From Candidatus Aminicenantes bacterium (lineage in GTDB: Bacteria; Acidobacteriota; Aminicenantia; Aminicenantales; Saccharicenantaceae): DNA of 64,000 nt. Below the pieces are notes generated by a model. That model ran no database searches, was not told where the DNA came from, and was given only the letters and a program-made list of their open reading frames with translations. This document shows positions 55,566-64,000 of the stretch, one piece after another. Every line of letters starts with the position of its first letter. Positions within the stretch are counted from its first letter, which is position 1. The position numbers and the translations under genes are program-made. Where the stretch lies: NCBI GenBank assembly GCA_963813235.1, contig CAWEYF010000006.1, positions 42,916 to 106,915 of the forward strand. Reading direction: 5' to 3'.

Positions 55566-56384
55566 TTAAAACGGGACGGCGAGCCCCCAGACGAGCTTGT
55601 AGAAGCTTTGCTTCGCGCCGAGGGCGGTCTTTTCGAGATCCGCCCAGAGGCTCCCGCCCAGGGACAGTTCGAGCCACGGGACGAGCCTCAGACGGAGGAT
55701 GATCTCGCCCGAGAAAGCCTGCCCGAGGGAGAAGGCCGTGGCCGTTTGGAAGCACGTCTGAAGATGGACGCTCAACCCTTCGTCGGCCCAGACGCTCGCC
55801 CGGAGCCCGTATTCCTGGCGGAGGCGTTCCCCCGATAGGTCCAGGCCGACCCTCTGGTTCGAATGATGGAAGAACCAGGTGAACGGCTCGACGAAGAAAT
55901 GGCGCCCCTCGATGGGGATGCCGATCCCGATGTAGTTCCGGTTCGTGTAATAGGGCTTCCCGCGGAGGAAGCTCTGATGTTCGGAATCGTGGTCGCTGTC
56001 GTGACCGACGAAGACGACGAGGTTCTGGAACAGGGCCTGGCGGAGGTGAAAGTGCCAGTCGAACTTCGTCCTCTGTGTGCCGTCGTCGTGGGCGACCATC
56101 TGAGCCATCAGGGTCGTTGTCGGCGTGATGGGGAAATAATTCTGGAACCCCATGTTCCACCGGTCGACCGCGCCGCTGAGGTCGTTGTAGCTCGGGAACG
56201 TGGACGGGGTCAGGAAATGGAAGAAGACATCGCCGTGGAGGATGACCTTGCGGGAGACCGCGAGGGAGGTCTTGTTGAGCTCCGGGCGGTAGATGAAGAT
56301 CTCGGTGGCCCGGGCGTTCCCGGCCATGAGCGCCGCGAGCGCGGCGAAGAGCCCGAGCCGCGAGACGGTTGTTTTAGAAATCAT
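55566..56384 (-). CDS. His-rich putative outer-membrane beta-barrel protein
   Basis: Signal peptide MISKTTVSRLGLFAALAALMAGNARA, alternating-strand pattern, C-terminal ...GLAVPF. Overlaps the TonB-dependent receptor stop. Confidence 0.4.
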   Translation of the reverse strand: MISKTTVSRLGLFAALAALMAGNARATEIFIYRPELNKTSLAVSRKVILHGDVFFHFLTPSTFPSYNDLSGAVDRWNMGFQNYFPITPTTTLMAQMVAHDDGTQRTKFDWHFHLRQALFQNLVVFVGHDSDHDSEHQSFLRGKPYYTNRNYIGIGIPIEGRHFFVEPFTWFFHHSNQRVGLDLSGERLRQEYGLRASVWADEGLSVHLQTCFQTATAFSLGQAFSGEIILRLRLVPWLELSLGGSLWADLEKTALGAKQSFYKLVWGLAVPF

Positions 56385-59143
56385 AGGACAACCCCAATCG
56401 GAAGGTCCTGGGCGATTGGATCTCCGTGGCGTAGCGCAGGGGGAACTCGGGACGGGTGCGCGCATCCTCCCCGGTCGCCAGGTGCTGGTTGAAGATATTG
56501 TACCCGTCCAGGATGATCCGGAGGACGCCGGGGCCCGCCGCGAACTCTTTCTGGACCCGGACGTCATTGGTCATGTTGAACTCGTACCGGGCGACCCCGC
56601 GCGGATGGGCCATGATGAGGAACGGTCCTTGGCGGAAGCCGGTGACGGCGATCTCCCGGGCGAACGGCTGGCCGTCGTAGTATTTCAGGATGTATCCGAG
56701 CCTGAAGCCCAGCGGAAGACGGAGGGCGAACCCTACGCGGCCCGTGTAGGCGCGGTCGAACCGGAGCCTCCCACGGGCGTTGACCAGCGTATTCGGGTTG
56801 TCGTAAAGGGAGCCGACGACGCCGTCGTCGTTCTCTCGAGCGGTGTTCCCGGGACTCGTCGTGCCCACGCAGCGCATGGCCGTGAGGGAGACGAAGAACC
56901 CGAACCGGGCCGACGTCCGCTTCGCCAAGACGAGGTCAAGTCCCTCGTAACGGGAGTATCGTGCGTCCCCGCCGGGGTTCGAGAGGAGGGCGAAGTCGCC
57001 GCCAAGCGTCCGTTCGTCCTGCTCGAACAGGGTGAAAGTCAGGTCGTCGTAGTTGCCGGGGAGCCGATCATCGCCGATGTCCGTGAACGTGCGTTGGGAA
57101 TAGGACGCGAACGGGACGCCCGTGTTCAGCGTCTCGACCAGGTCCCGGGCTTCCCGGAGGAACCCGGTCAAGCCGACGGAAAACCCTCCCTCGGTCCTGT
57201 GGGAGATCCCGATCGAAAGCTCGTCGGTCCGGGGCCTCTTGAGGGCCGGGTCGATCGCGGCGTAGAACGGGCCTTCGCGGCGCACAAGAGCACCCGCCTC
57301 GCCGTCTTCGTAGATCCCATCACCGTTCCTGTCCGTCCAAGCGTAAACAAGCCCGCCCGGCGCGTTCGGATTCCCGTACGCCAGCCAGGAGAGGGGGAGG
57401 CTGTGGTAGTATCGGCCCGCAAAGAGCTTGAGGGAGGTTCTTCCCGATCGCGACAGGGGAAAGACGAAGCCGAGCCTTGGCGCGATATGGAGCCAGTCGA
57501 TGGCCGACACGCCCGCACCGGCTCGCCCCCGGCTATAGGAAGCGTGGGCTCCAAGAGAGACTGCGACAAGGTTGGGAAAAGTCAGGGTCTCCTGGATGAA
57601 AGCCGCGCCCTCGAGGGACGTCTCGCGGTGTTCGGCAGGGGCGCCGTACTTGACGACCTCATACGGAACGCCGTCGAAGAAGCGCAGGAGGACGTTGCCG
57701 GCGACATCCGGCCGCGTGCTCGCGGAAGCCCGGCGGATCTCCGCTCCGTATTCAAGCCGGTTGTACGCCCTGCCGATCATATCTGCGAGGTCCCCGCGGA
57801 TGAAAGCCGTCAGGAGCTCCCGCCGTCCCTGCCCCGCGGCGGCCGAGGGCCCGGAGACGCCGCCCAGCAGGTCGATCCCGGCCTGCCCGGAAGCACCCTC
57901 CTGGAGCCGGGAGGAGAGATCCAGGCGGTTGAATCCGGCCCCGGCGGCGAGGACGTGTCCCGGCGCGAGCCGGAACGTCCCCTCGACTCTGCAGGATGTT
58001 GGCGGTGTTCTTCCGATCGAGCGTGGAGATGAACGGAACCTCGCGCCCCGCGCCCGCCGTCGGATTCTTCGCGACCTGGCCGGTCCATAGGAACGACCAT
58101 GTGCTCCGCCCGGCCTCGTATCTCAGCCCGAGGAGCCCCGTCGTCACGGCCCCCTTGTCGTCCTCGGCGAAATCGGCCGGGTCCCGGGTGATCCGGAGCG
58201 CCGACAAGGACGTGAAGAAGAAGAGCTTTCCGGGAACGATGGGTCCCGAAAGATCGAAGTGGAGGTCCATCGAGCTCTTGAGAGTATCGACCTCGAGGAT
58301 GCCCTCCTTTTCGAGGGCGGGGGTGATGTTCGAGCTGACGAGGCGCTTGTCGCCGGCGAACGCCAAGAACGAGCCCGCAAACGCGTTCCCCCCGTCCTTC
58401 GTGACGAGGTCGAGCGTTCCGCCCGGAGAAAGGGTCCCCGCCGAGTGGCCGGCGTTCTCGAGTCGGACCGTCCGGAGACTGCCGAGGTCGGGAATATAGA
58501 ACGGCAGCCCCCCTTCGTACGGGTCGGTGACGCTCATGCCGTTGAGCCGGTACTCGTTCTGGGTCCAGGAGGTTCCGCCGCGGGCGCTGAAGAGCGCAGG
58601 GAGGTCCGACCGCATGCCGCCGATGTCGATCCGATCGGTCGTCGCGGACATGTCCTGGTTCTCGATGAGGGACCAGACCGAGCCGCCCGAGGGCAGGAGC
58701 CTCATCTGGTCCGTGTCGATGGTCGTGGCCGACGATAGCGATCCGGGGTCGCGGGACAGGGATTCGATGAAGAGCCCATTCTGCGGGCCGGAGGGGACGA
58801 GCTTCAACCCGACGAAGACCGTTTCGAATCCCCCGAGGTCCAGGGCGACAGAGGGAACCGGTTCCTCTCCGCCGCGGGCGCAGGAGATCACATAACGGCC
58901 CTGCGGGAGCCCCGCGATGCCGAAGGCTCCGTGCACGTCGGTGGACGCGTCTGCGGTCCGGGCGCCGTCCGGAGTCGCGAGGCGGATCTTGACGCCCGCG
59001 AGGGCCCGCCCGTCCGGGTCGGCGACGGTGCCCCGGATCGCGGCGATGTTTCGGGCCTCGACGCCCGCGACCGCGACGAATGCGAGCCCGTACACGAGGA
59101 CGACGGCCGCTCTGACGAGATTGAGTAACTTCATAAAGCTCAC
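56374..59143 (-). CDS. TonB-dependent receptor with an N-terminal carboxypeptidase-regulatory-like domain and an apparent frameshift near 57992
   Basis: Signal peptide, a CarboxypepD_reg-like domain (IRGTVADPDGRALAGVKIRLATPDG), a plug domain, and a 22-strand barrel ending ...TFRLGLSYDF. Pieces join at ...ANILQ|VEGTFRLAPGHVL. Confidence 0.8.
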
Positions 59144-59258
59144 AATTCTTACTAGTTTGGTCCGGGGATGTCAAGGGCGGCGCGGCTTAACATGCCGTTC
59201 GGGATGGGTTATAATCCATCGGTCATAACAGAACCGTCTGGCAAACGAGGCAGGACCC

Positions 59259-60654
59259 ATGGACAACAAGAAAGATATCGCGATCATCGGCGGCGGGCCC
59301 GGCGGGTACCTGGCCGCACTGCGGGCCCCACAGCTCGGCAAGACGGTTGTCCTTTTCGAAGAGGACCGAGTCGGCGGGACGTGCATGAATTACGGCTGTA
59401 TCCCGACCAAGTATCTCCTCCATCAGACCAAGGTCCTCAAAGAGGTACGGGAAACCAGGACCGTCACCGGGGCGGCGGGCGTCGGCCTCGACTGGGCGGC
59501 CGTCCAGACCGGACGTCAGGCGGTCGTGGACCGCCTGGTCCATGGGCGTGGAATTCCTCCTGGAGAAGGCCAGGGTCGAGATCGTCAAGGGCCGCGCCCG
59601 GCTCGAGGACGCGGGCCGGATCGTCGCCGAAACCCCGGACGGGCCGAGGACATACCACGCTGACGCCGTGATCCTCGCGACGGGAAGCCGGTCCGCGTCT
59701 CTCCCGTTCCTGGCGCCGAACGGTGCCGAGGTCGTCACCAGTACCGAGGCGCTCGCGTTCCCGGAGGTCCCCACGAGCCTGCTCGTGATCGGGGCCGGGG
59801 CCATCGGGCTCGAAATGGGATCCATTTACCGGCGCTTGGGGACCGATGTCACCATCCTGGAGATCCTGCCGGGCGTCATTCCAGGGAGCGATAGGGAGAC
59901 GGCCGCCCGGCTCGAGCGAACCCTCAGAAAGCAAGGGCTCAGGGTCCTGACCCAGATGAGCATCGCCGGCGCGGAGGTCGCGCCCGGGAAAGTGACGCTC
60001 AAGGGGACCTGCCTGAAGAACAACGCCCCGTTCGAATATTCCGCGGCGCGCGCCCTCCTGGCGGCCGGCCGCCGGCCCAACTCCGCCGGCCTGGCGACGG
60101 ACGGCATGCTGACGCTTGATCGGGGCGGCTTTGTCGCGGTCAACGAACGGCTCGAAACAGGGATCCCCGGCGTGTATGCCATCGGCGACCTCATCGGCGG
60201 CAAGCTCCTGGCCCACAAGGCCTATCATGACGCGATCGTCGCCGTGGAGAACGCCTGCGGCATGCACAGGACCGTCGATTATCGCGCTCTGCCGATGGCC
60301 GTGTTCACCGACCCGGAATTCGCTTCCGTCGGCCTGACCCAGGAAGAGGCGGAAGGAAAGGGGATCAAGGTCCGTTCGGGGGTGTTCCCGCTCCAGGCCA
60401 GCGGCCGGGCGCTGACCATGGATAGTCTCGACGGCTTGGTAAAGGTTCTGGCCGACGAGAAGGACCGCATCATCGGCGCCCACATCGTCGCGCCCGGCGC
60501 GAGCGAGATGATCCACGAGCTGGCCCTGGCTGTCGCCCGGGAAGCCACGCTTTCCGAGATCGGCGGGCTCATCCATATCCATCCCACGCTCTCCGAGGCC
60601 GTCGGGGAGGCGGCTCTCAAGGCGAAGAACGAGGCCCTCCACCTCCTGAATTGA
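59259..60654 (+). CDS. lpdA: dihydrolipoyl dehydrogenase with an apparent +1 frameshift near 59545
   Basis: GGGPGGY FAD motif, redox-active CIPTK, NAD-binding GAGAIGLE, and the C-terminal HxxxxE dimerisation domain. Junction is ...DRLVHG|VEFLLEKA. Confidence 0.85.
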
Positions 60655-60677
60655 CAGCCCGTCCCCCGGGGCATAAA

Positions 60678-61952
60678 ATGGCCGCGCATATCATGAGCGA
60701 CGGCGATTTCATTTACGGGAAGGGCTTCCACGAAGAGGAACGGGACGACTTCACCCGGTTCCGCTGGATATCTGGGTCGGCCGAACTGACGGTCCCGGCG
60801 GAGGCCGTCGCGCGGAACCGGTATCTGACGCTCCCGGTGTTCTCGGAATTCCGGAACTTCAGCCAGGTCCTCACCGTCCGCCGAGGCGGCCGGGTCCTCG
60901 CCAAGTTCGCTCTCCTTGACCACTGGAACTATTACGGCGTCCCTCTCGCCCCGGAAGGCGGGGGAGACGACGACAAGCCGTCCGGTTCCGCCGTGACGCT
61001 GACGCTCACGCTAAACAAGCTTTTCCCCAAGAAATATTATCCGGACGATACGCGTGATCTCGGCGTCCGCATCGGCCCGCCGGAGCTCCATGACGACGAG
61101 GGGCTCCATCGGACCCTCCAAGCCTTTCATCGGAACGCCGCGTTGAACTACCGGGAGATGACGGAGGGGAAAACGGCGCTCGATTCCTATCCCCTCAACC
61201 TGGGCATCGACATTTACGGGAAGTGCAACATCAGCCCGCATTGCGTTTACTGCCTCTGGGACAGCATGAAGGTCCTCGAAGGGGCCAACGTCGACACCGC
61301 GGTCGACGCCCGGACGCTCGAGGGCTACGGCCCGTTCTTCACATCGGCACGAACGCTCGTCAACTGTTCGTTCGGCGAACCTCTCCTCCACCCGAAGTTC
61401 ACGGAGCTTATGGAATTCTGCGCGCGGAATAAAAAGATCGTTGAGCTCGCGACCAACGGCCAGGCGTTCACCGAAAGGACGATCAAGGCCCTCGTCGGCA
61501 AGCCCATATACCTTTATATCTCCCTCGACGCCGCCTCGAAAGCGACCTACGCAAAGATCCGGAACGACCGGTGGGACGAGATCATTCCGGGGCTCCGGCG
61601 GCTCGGGGAGGAACGGAAGAAGGCGGGGAGCTTGCCGAGGGTCTTCATGGTCTTCATCCCCATGCGGGTCAACCGGGACGACCTCGAAGAATATTTCAAG
61701 CTGTGCCTCATCGTCGGCGCCGACGCTCTCGTCCTCAGGCCCATGCTCTTCCTGACCTCGCCGAACATCGTCGAGGAAAGGGGAGGGCACGTTTTCGATT
61801 ACAGCAAGGAAATGCTCAACCGGCGGGAGGTCGAGGAGGTTATCCGCAAGGCGGAGACGTTCTCCAAAACGTACGGCGTTCCCCTGGCCAGCCAGTTCGA
61901 CTTCGGGCTGATGAAAGAACCCGCCGCGGGAAGGGAAGGAGACGCGTTATGA
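60678..61952 (+). CDS. radical SAM protein with an unusual Cx5Cx2C cluster motif and an N-terminal domain of about 180 aa of unknown function
   Basis: IYGKCNISPHCVYC lies within a TIM-barrel-like radical SAM core (GEPLLHP glycine-rich SAM motif). No SPASM cysteines are in this ORF. Start could also be 60660 or 60693. Confidence 0.6.
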   Translation: MAAHIMSDGDFIYGKGFHEEERDDFTRFRWISGSAELTVPAEAVARNRYLTLPVFSEFRNFSQVLTVRRGGRVLAKFALLDHWNYYGVPLAPEGGGDDDKPSGSAVTLTLTLNKLFPKKYYPDDTRDLGVRIGPPELHDDEGLHRTLQAFHRNAALNYREMTEGKTALDSYPLNLGIDIYGKCNISPHCVYCLWDSMKVLEGANVDTAVDARTLEGYGPFFTSARTLVNCSFGEPLLHPKFTELMEFCARNKKIVELATNGQAFTERTIKALVGKPIYLYISLDAASKATYAKIRNDRWDEIIPGLRRLGEERKKAGSLPRVFMVFIPMRVNRDDLEEYFKLCLIVGADALVLRPMLFLTSPNIVEERGGHVFDYSKEMLNRREVEEVIRKAETFSKTYGVPLASQFDFGLMKEPAAGREGDAL

Positions 61953-62356
61953 CGGCGCCCGCCGACCCTCGCGCGACCGTCGTCGATCCCGAAGTCCTGG
62001 GCGGGGCGAACCTGCCGCTATGCCGCGAGCCCTGGATGAGCTTCTATATCCTGAGGCGCGGCGTCATGCCGTGCTGTTACGGTTTCCCCGTGGACGAATT
62101 CATCACCGACTACTCCCGCGTCTGGAATTCCCCGAAGCTGCAAGAGATCCGGAGCTATCTCGCCAAGGGAAAGCTCAGCCCCTATTGCCTCAAGTGTCTG
62201 AGCTGTCCGATCGTCCAGCGGGAGCTCGCGAAAAAGGACGGGAAGTCCGGCGATCCCGACGCGCCAGTCGTCGTCGCGCCGAAGTCGTCCGCTCGTCCTG
62301 CGCCTCGTCAACCGGGCCCTCTTCCGGCTCCCGGCCAGGATCTGGCGCGCCCTTAA
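61949..62356 (+). CDS. stand-alone SPASM-domain protein
   Basis: ATGA start/stop overlap with the radical SAM gene. Canonical SPASM pattern LPLCREPWMSFYILRRGVMPCCYG...YCLKCLSCP. Confidence 0.5.
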   Translation: MTAPADPRATVVDPEVLGGANLPLCREPWMSFYILRRGVMPCCYGFPVDEFITDYSRVWNSPKLQEIRSYLAKGKLSPYCLKCLSCPIVQRELAKKDGKSGDPDAPVVVAPKSSARPAPRQPGPLPAPGQDLARP

Positions 62357-62375
62357 GCGGTCCTGACCGCGGCCG

Positions 62376-64000
62376 CTATTTCTTGTTCCCGACGTAGCCG
62401 AGAGATTTGAGCATCTCTTCGGCCTTGGCGTCGACCGCGACGTCCTTCTTGTTCTTAAGGACATCCCGGACGAAGGCATCCAGCCGTTCCTTGAGCGCGA
62501 GCGCTTCGGCCGGGAGCCCGTCCTCGAGCGTCACAGCGCTTTTCTCGTCGGGATCCTTCCCGTGGTCGAAATATTCATAGCGGCCGGTCGCCGGGCAGAA
62601 AATGAGATGCTTCGATCGTTCGAGGATCCCGAATCTGTCCTGGGCGGCCTCGGGTCTGTATGTTTCCTGGAAGACGGCCGTTTCGGTCCCGGGCGCGAGC
62701 TTGAGGAGGTCCCGGCCCCGGAACGAGGCCGGGACGGTAATGCCCATGAGCTCGGCGATGGTGGGCGCGACATCGAGGAGGGTCACGGTCTCCTCCCTCC
62801 GGACTCCCTTTGCCCGGGCCCCCGGAAGGCGGACGATGAAAGGAACTTCCATATAGATCGGGTTGAGGAAATGGACGTGGCCGATATGGGGATCGCCCAC
62901 TGCCGTCCGGTATTCGCCGAGACCCTCGCCATGGTCGCCCGCGGCCAGGATCGCCGTACGGTCATATAGGCCGAGCTTCCGGAGCTCGTCGAAGAGCTTC
63001 CCGATCTCGCGGTCCATGAATTCGACCTCGCGCCGGTACCCTTCGCGGGCGGCCTCGACCGGGACGATCAGATTTCCCCGGAGGACGAGCGTGACGGAGC
63101 GCGGCCCCTCCGCGCAGGCGACCTCGATCTCGGAGCGGCCCTTCAGGAAGGTCACGCCGTCGTCCCGGCGGAAGGCCGTATCGGCCGGGAACCTGGCGGA
63201 GATGCCCTTCGCGTCCGCGGGATCCAGGACGAACTTGTCCATCCTGGCGGCGAACCGGCCGGCCTCGACGGGATAGGGGTTGGCGATCTCGAAGACGAGC
63301 CGGTTGACGCCCTTATCGAGGTCGAGACGCACCTGGATCGTCGCGCCCCTCTCGATGCAGAACGCGCCCAAGGGCTTCCCGTTGAGGCTGATCTTCGTGT
63401 CGTCCGGGGTGCCGGGCGGGGCGTAAGGATCATGGGGGTCGGAATAGTGGACCCAGAGGAAGAACCGCCGGGACCTGTTGGCCTCGAGCCACGGAAAGAC
63501 CCTGGCGTTGACCTCGTCGGCGGAGAGATACCAGCGGTCGGACGGAAAATCGTCCGCATATGTCTCGAAGCCCCTGCCGAGCCCGAATTCGGAAGCGAGG
63601 ACGCCGAGGCTGACGAACGCCGCGGTGGCGAAGCCGTTTCGCCGGAACAGCTCGGCGAGGGCCGGTCGGGCCCCGGACCGCCGGACGGCCTGGCCGTTGT
63701 TATAGTTCCCGATCGCATGCGGAGCCTCGGAGAAGAACATCGAGGCGTGGGAGGGGAGGGTGATGGGGATGAGGGAATTCGCGTTCTCGAAGAGCATCCC
63801 TTGCGCCGCCAGCGCGTCGAGGGCGGGAGTCCGCGCGTTCCCCGCGTGATAGGCGCCGACGAAATCCGCCCGCGTCGTGTCCAGGGTGATCAGGACGAGA
63901 TTGGCGGGTCCGGCCCCCCGCCGGCAGGAGGCCGAGGATACCAGGAGGATCGCGCAGGCCAGGGCGAGCTTCCCGCGGCGGGAGCTTCTCCGGGGACTCG
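62376..64000 (-). CDS. sulfatase-like hydrolase/transferase (alkaline phosphatase superfamily) with Thr at the nucleophile position; N-terminus lies outside the window
   Basis: N-terminal ...LVLITLDTTRADFVGAYH... and ...IPITLPSHASMF, where T-L-P-S-H replaces the C/S-x-P-x-R sulfatase motif. The ORF continues past 64000. Confidence 0.7.
   Translation of the reverse strand, partial: SPRRSSRRGKLALACAILLVSSASCRRGAGPANLVLITLDTTRADFVGAYHAGNARTPALDALAAQGMLFENANSLIPITLPSHASMFFSEAPHAIGNYNNGQAVRRSGARPALAELFRRNGFATAAFVSLGVLASEFGLGRGFETYADDFPSDRWYLSADEVNARVFPWLEANRSRRFFLWVHYSDPHDPYAPPGTPDDTKISLNGKPLGAFCIERGATIQVRLDLDKGVNRLVFEIANPYPVEAGRFAARMDKFVLDPADAKGISARFPADTAFRRDDGVTFLKGRSEIEVACAEGPRSVTLVLRGNLIVPVEAAREGYRREVEFMDREIGKLFDELRKLGLYDRTAILAAGDHGEGLGEYRTAVGDPHIGHVHFLNPIYMEVPFIVRLPGARAKGVRREETVTLLDVAPTIAELMGITVPASFRGRDLLKLAPGTETAVFQETYRPEAAQDRFGILERSKHLIFCPATGRYEYFDHGKDPDEKSAVTLEDGLPAEALALKERLDAFVRDVLKNKKDVAVDAKAEEMLKSLGYVGNKK

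Noticed and set aside
60660-62356. Anaerobic sulfatase-maturating enzyme (anSME) feeding the adjacent sulfatase.
   Set aside because: The sulfatase-like protein has Thr-Leu-Pro-Ser-His, not C/S-x-P-x-R, so it has no formylglycine target. The radical SAM motif (Cx5Cx2C) and its extra N-terminal domain are unlike anSME.

Overview
This 64 kb window is a high-GC (about 65-70%) chromosomal segment made almost entirely of housekeeping genes. I found no rRNA, tRNA, CRISPR array, transposase, integrase or phage gene. About 57 genes can be read from the six-frame track.

Gene blocks from start to end:
- lgt 3' end, rluD, a divergent EF-G paralogue, then transporters and an M14 carboxypeptidase.
- A TCA-cycle block: mdh and icd on the minus strand facing acnB on the plus strand, followed by an SDR and an M23 peptidase.
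- def-fmt, an OPT oligopeptide transporter, and the rod-shape cluster mreBCD-mrdA-rodA followed by a fused TIGR03960/TIGR03936-type radical-SAM protein.
- An acyl-CoA dehydrogenase, a thioredoxin-like protein with a solitary exbD, cstA, a GT4 glycosyltransferase, and ACT and GATase1 proteins.
- A PKD-repeat outer-membrane protein.
- A long minus-strand translation operon: recN, a C_GCAxxG protein, miaB, nusA, infB, DUF503, rbfA, nrnA, truB, and a DUF507 pair.
- An S8 peptidase, an outer-membrane beta-barrel and bamD.
- Frameshift-ridden NAD-epimerase, rpe and PASTA-domain genes, then ltaE.
- A cluster of secreted protein, membrane Fe-S oxidoreductase, outer-membrane protein and TonB-dependent receptor, then lpdA.
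- A Cx5Cx2C radical-SAM gene overlapping a separate SPASM-domain gene, next to a Thr-type sulfatase-like gene that runs off the window end.

Two general properties stand out:
- Many conserved genes carry single-nucleotide frameshifts (acnB has two, and fmt, OPT, mreC, cstA, recN, ltaE, the TonB receptor, lpdA and the Fe-S oxidoreductase have one or more). Two zones are shredded: 23.8-25.1 kb and 49.1-51.5 kb. Each indel I localised sits in a short run of repeated bases, so assembly or sequencing indel error is the likeliest cause, not gene decay.
- The candidates I think are most worth follow-up are the radical-SAM/SPASM pair beside the sulfatase-like gene, the GTPase-motif-degenerate EF-G paralogue, the TonB-receptor/outer-membrane/Fe-S-oxidoreductase cluster, the PKD outer-membrane protein, the 3 x 41 bp tandem repeat with a GC hairpin, and two unusually long non-coding spacers.
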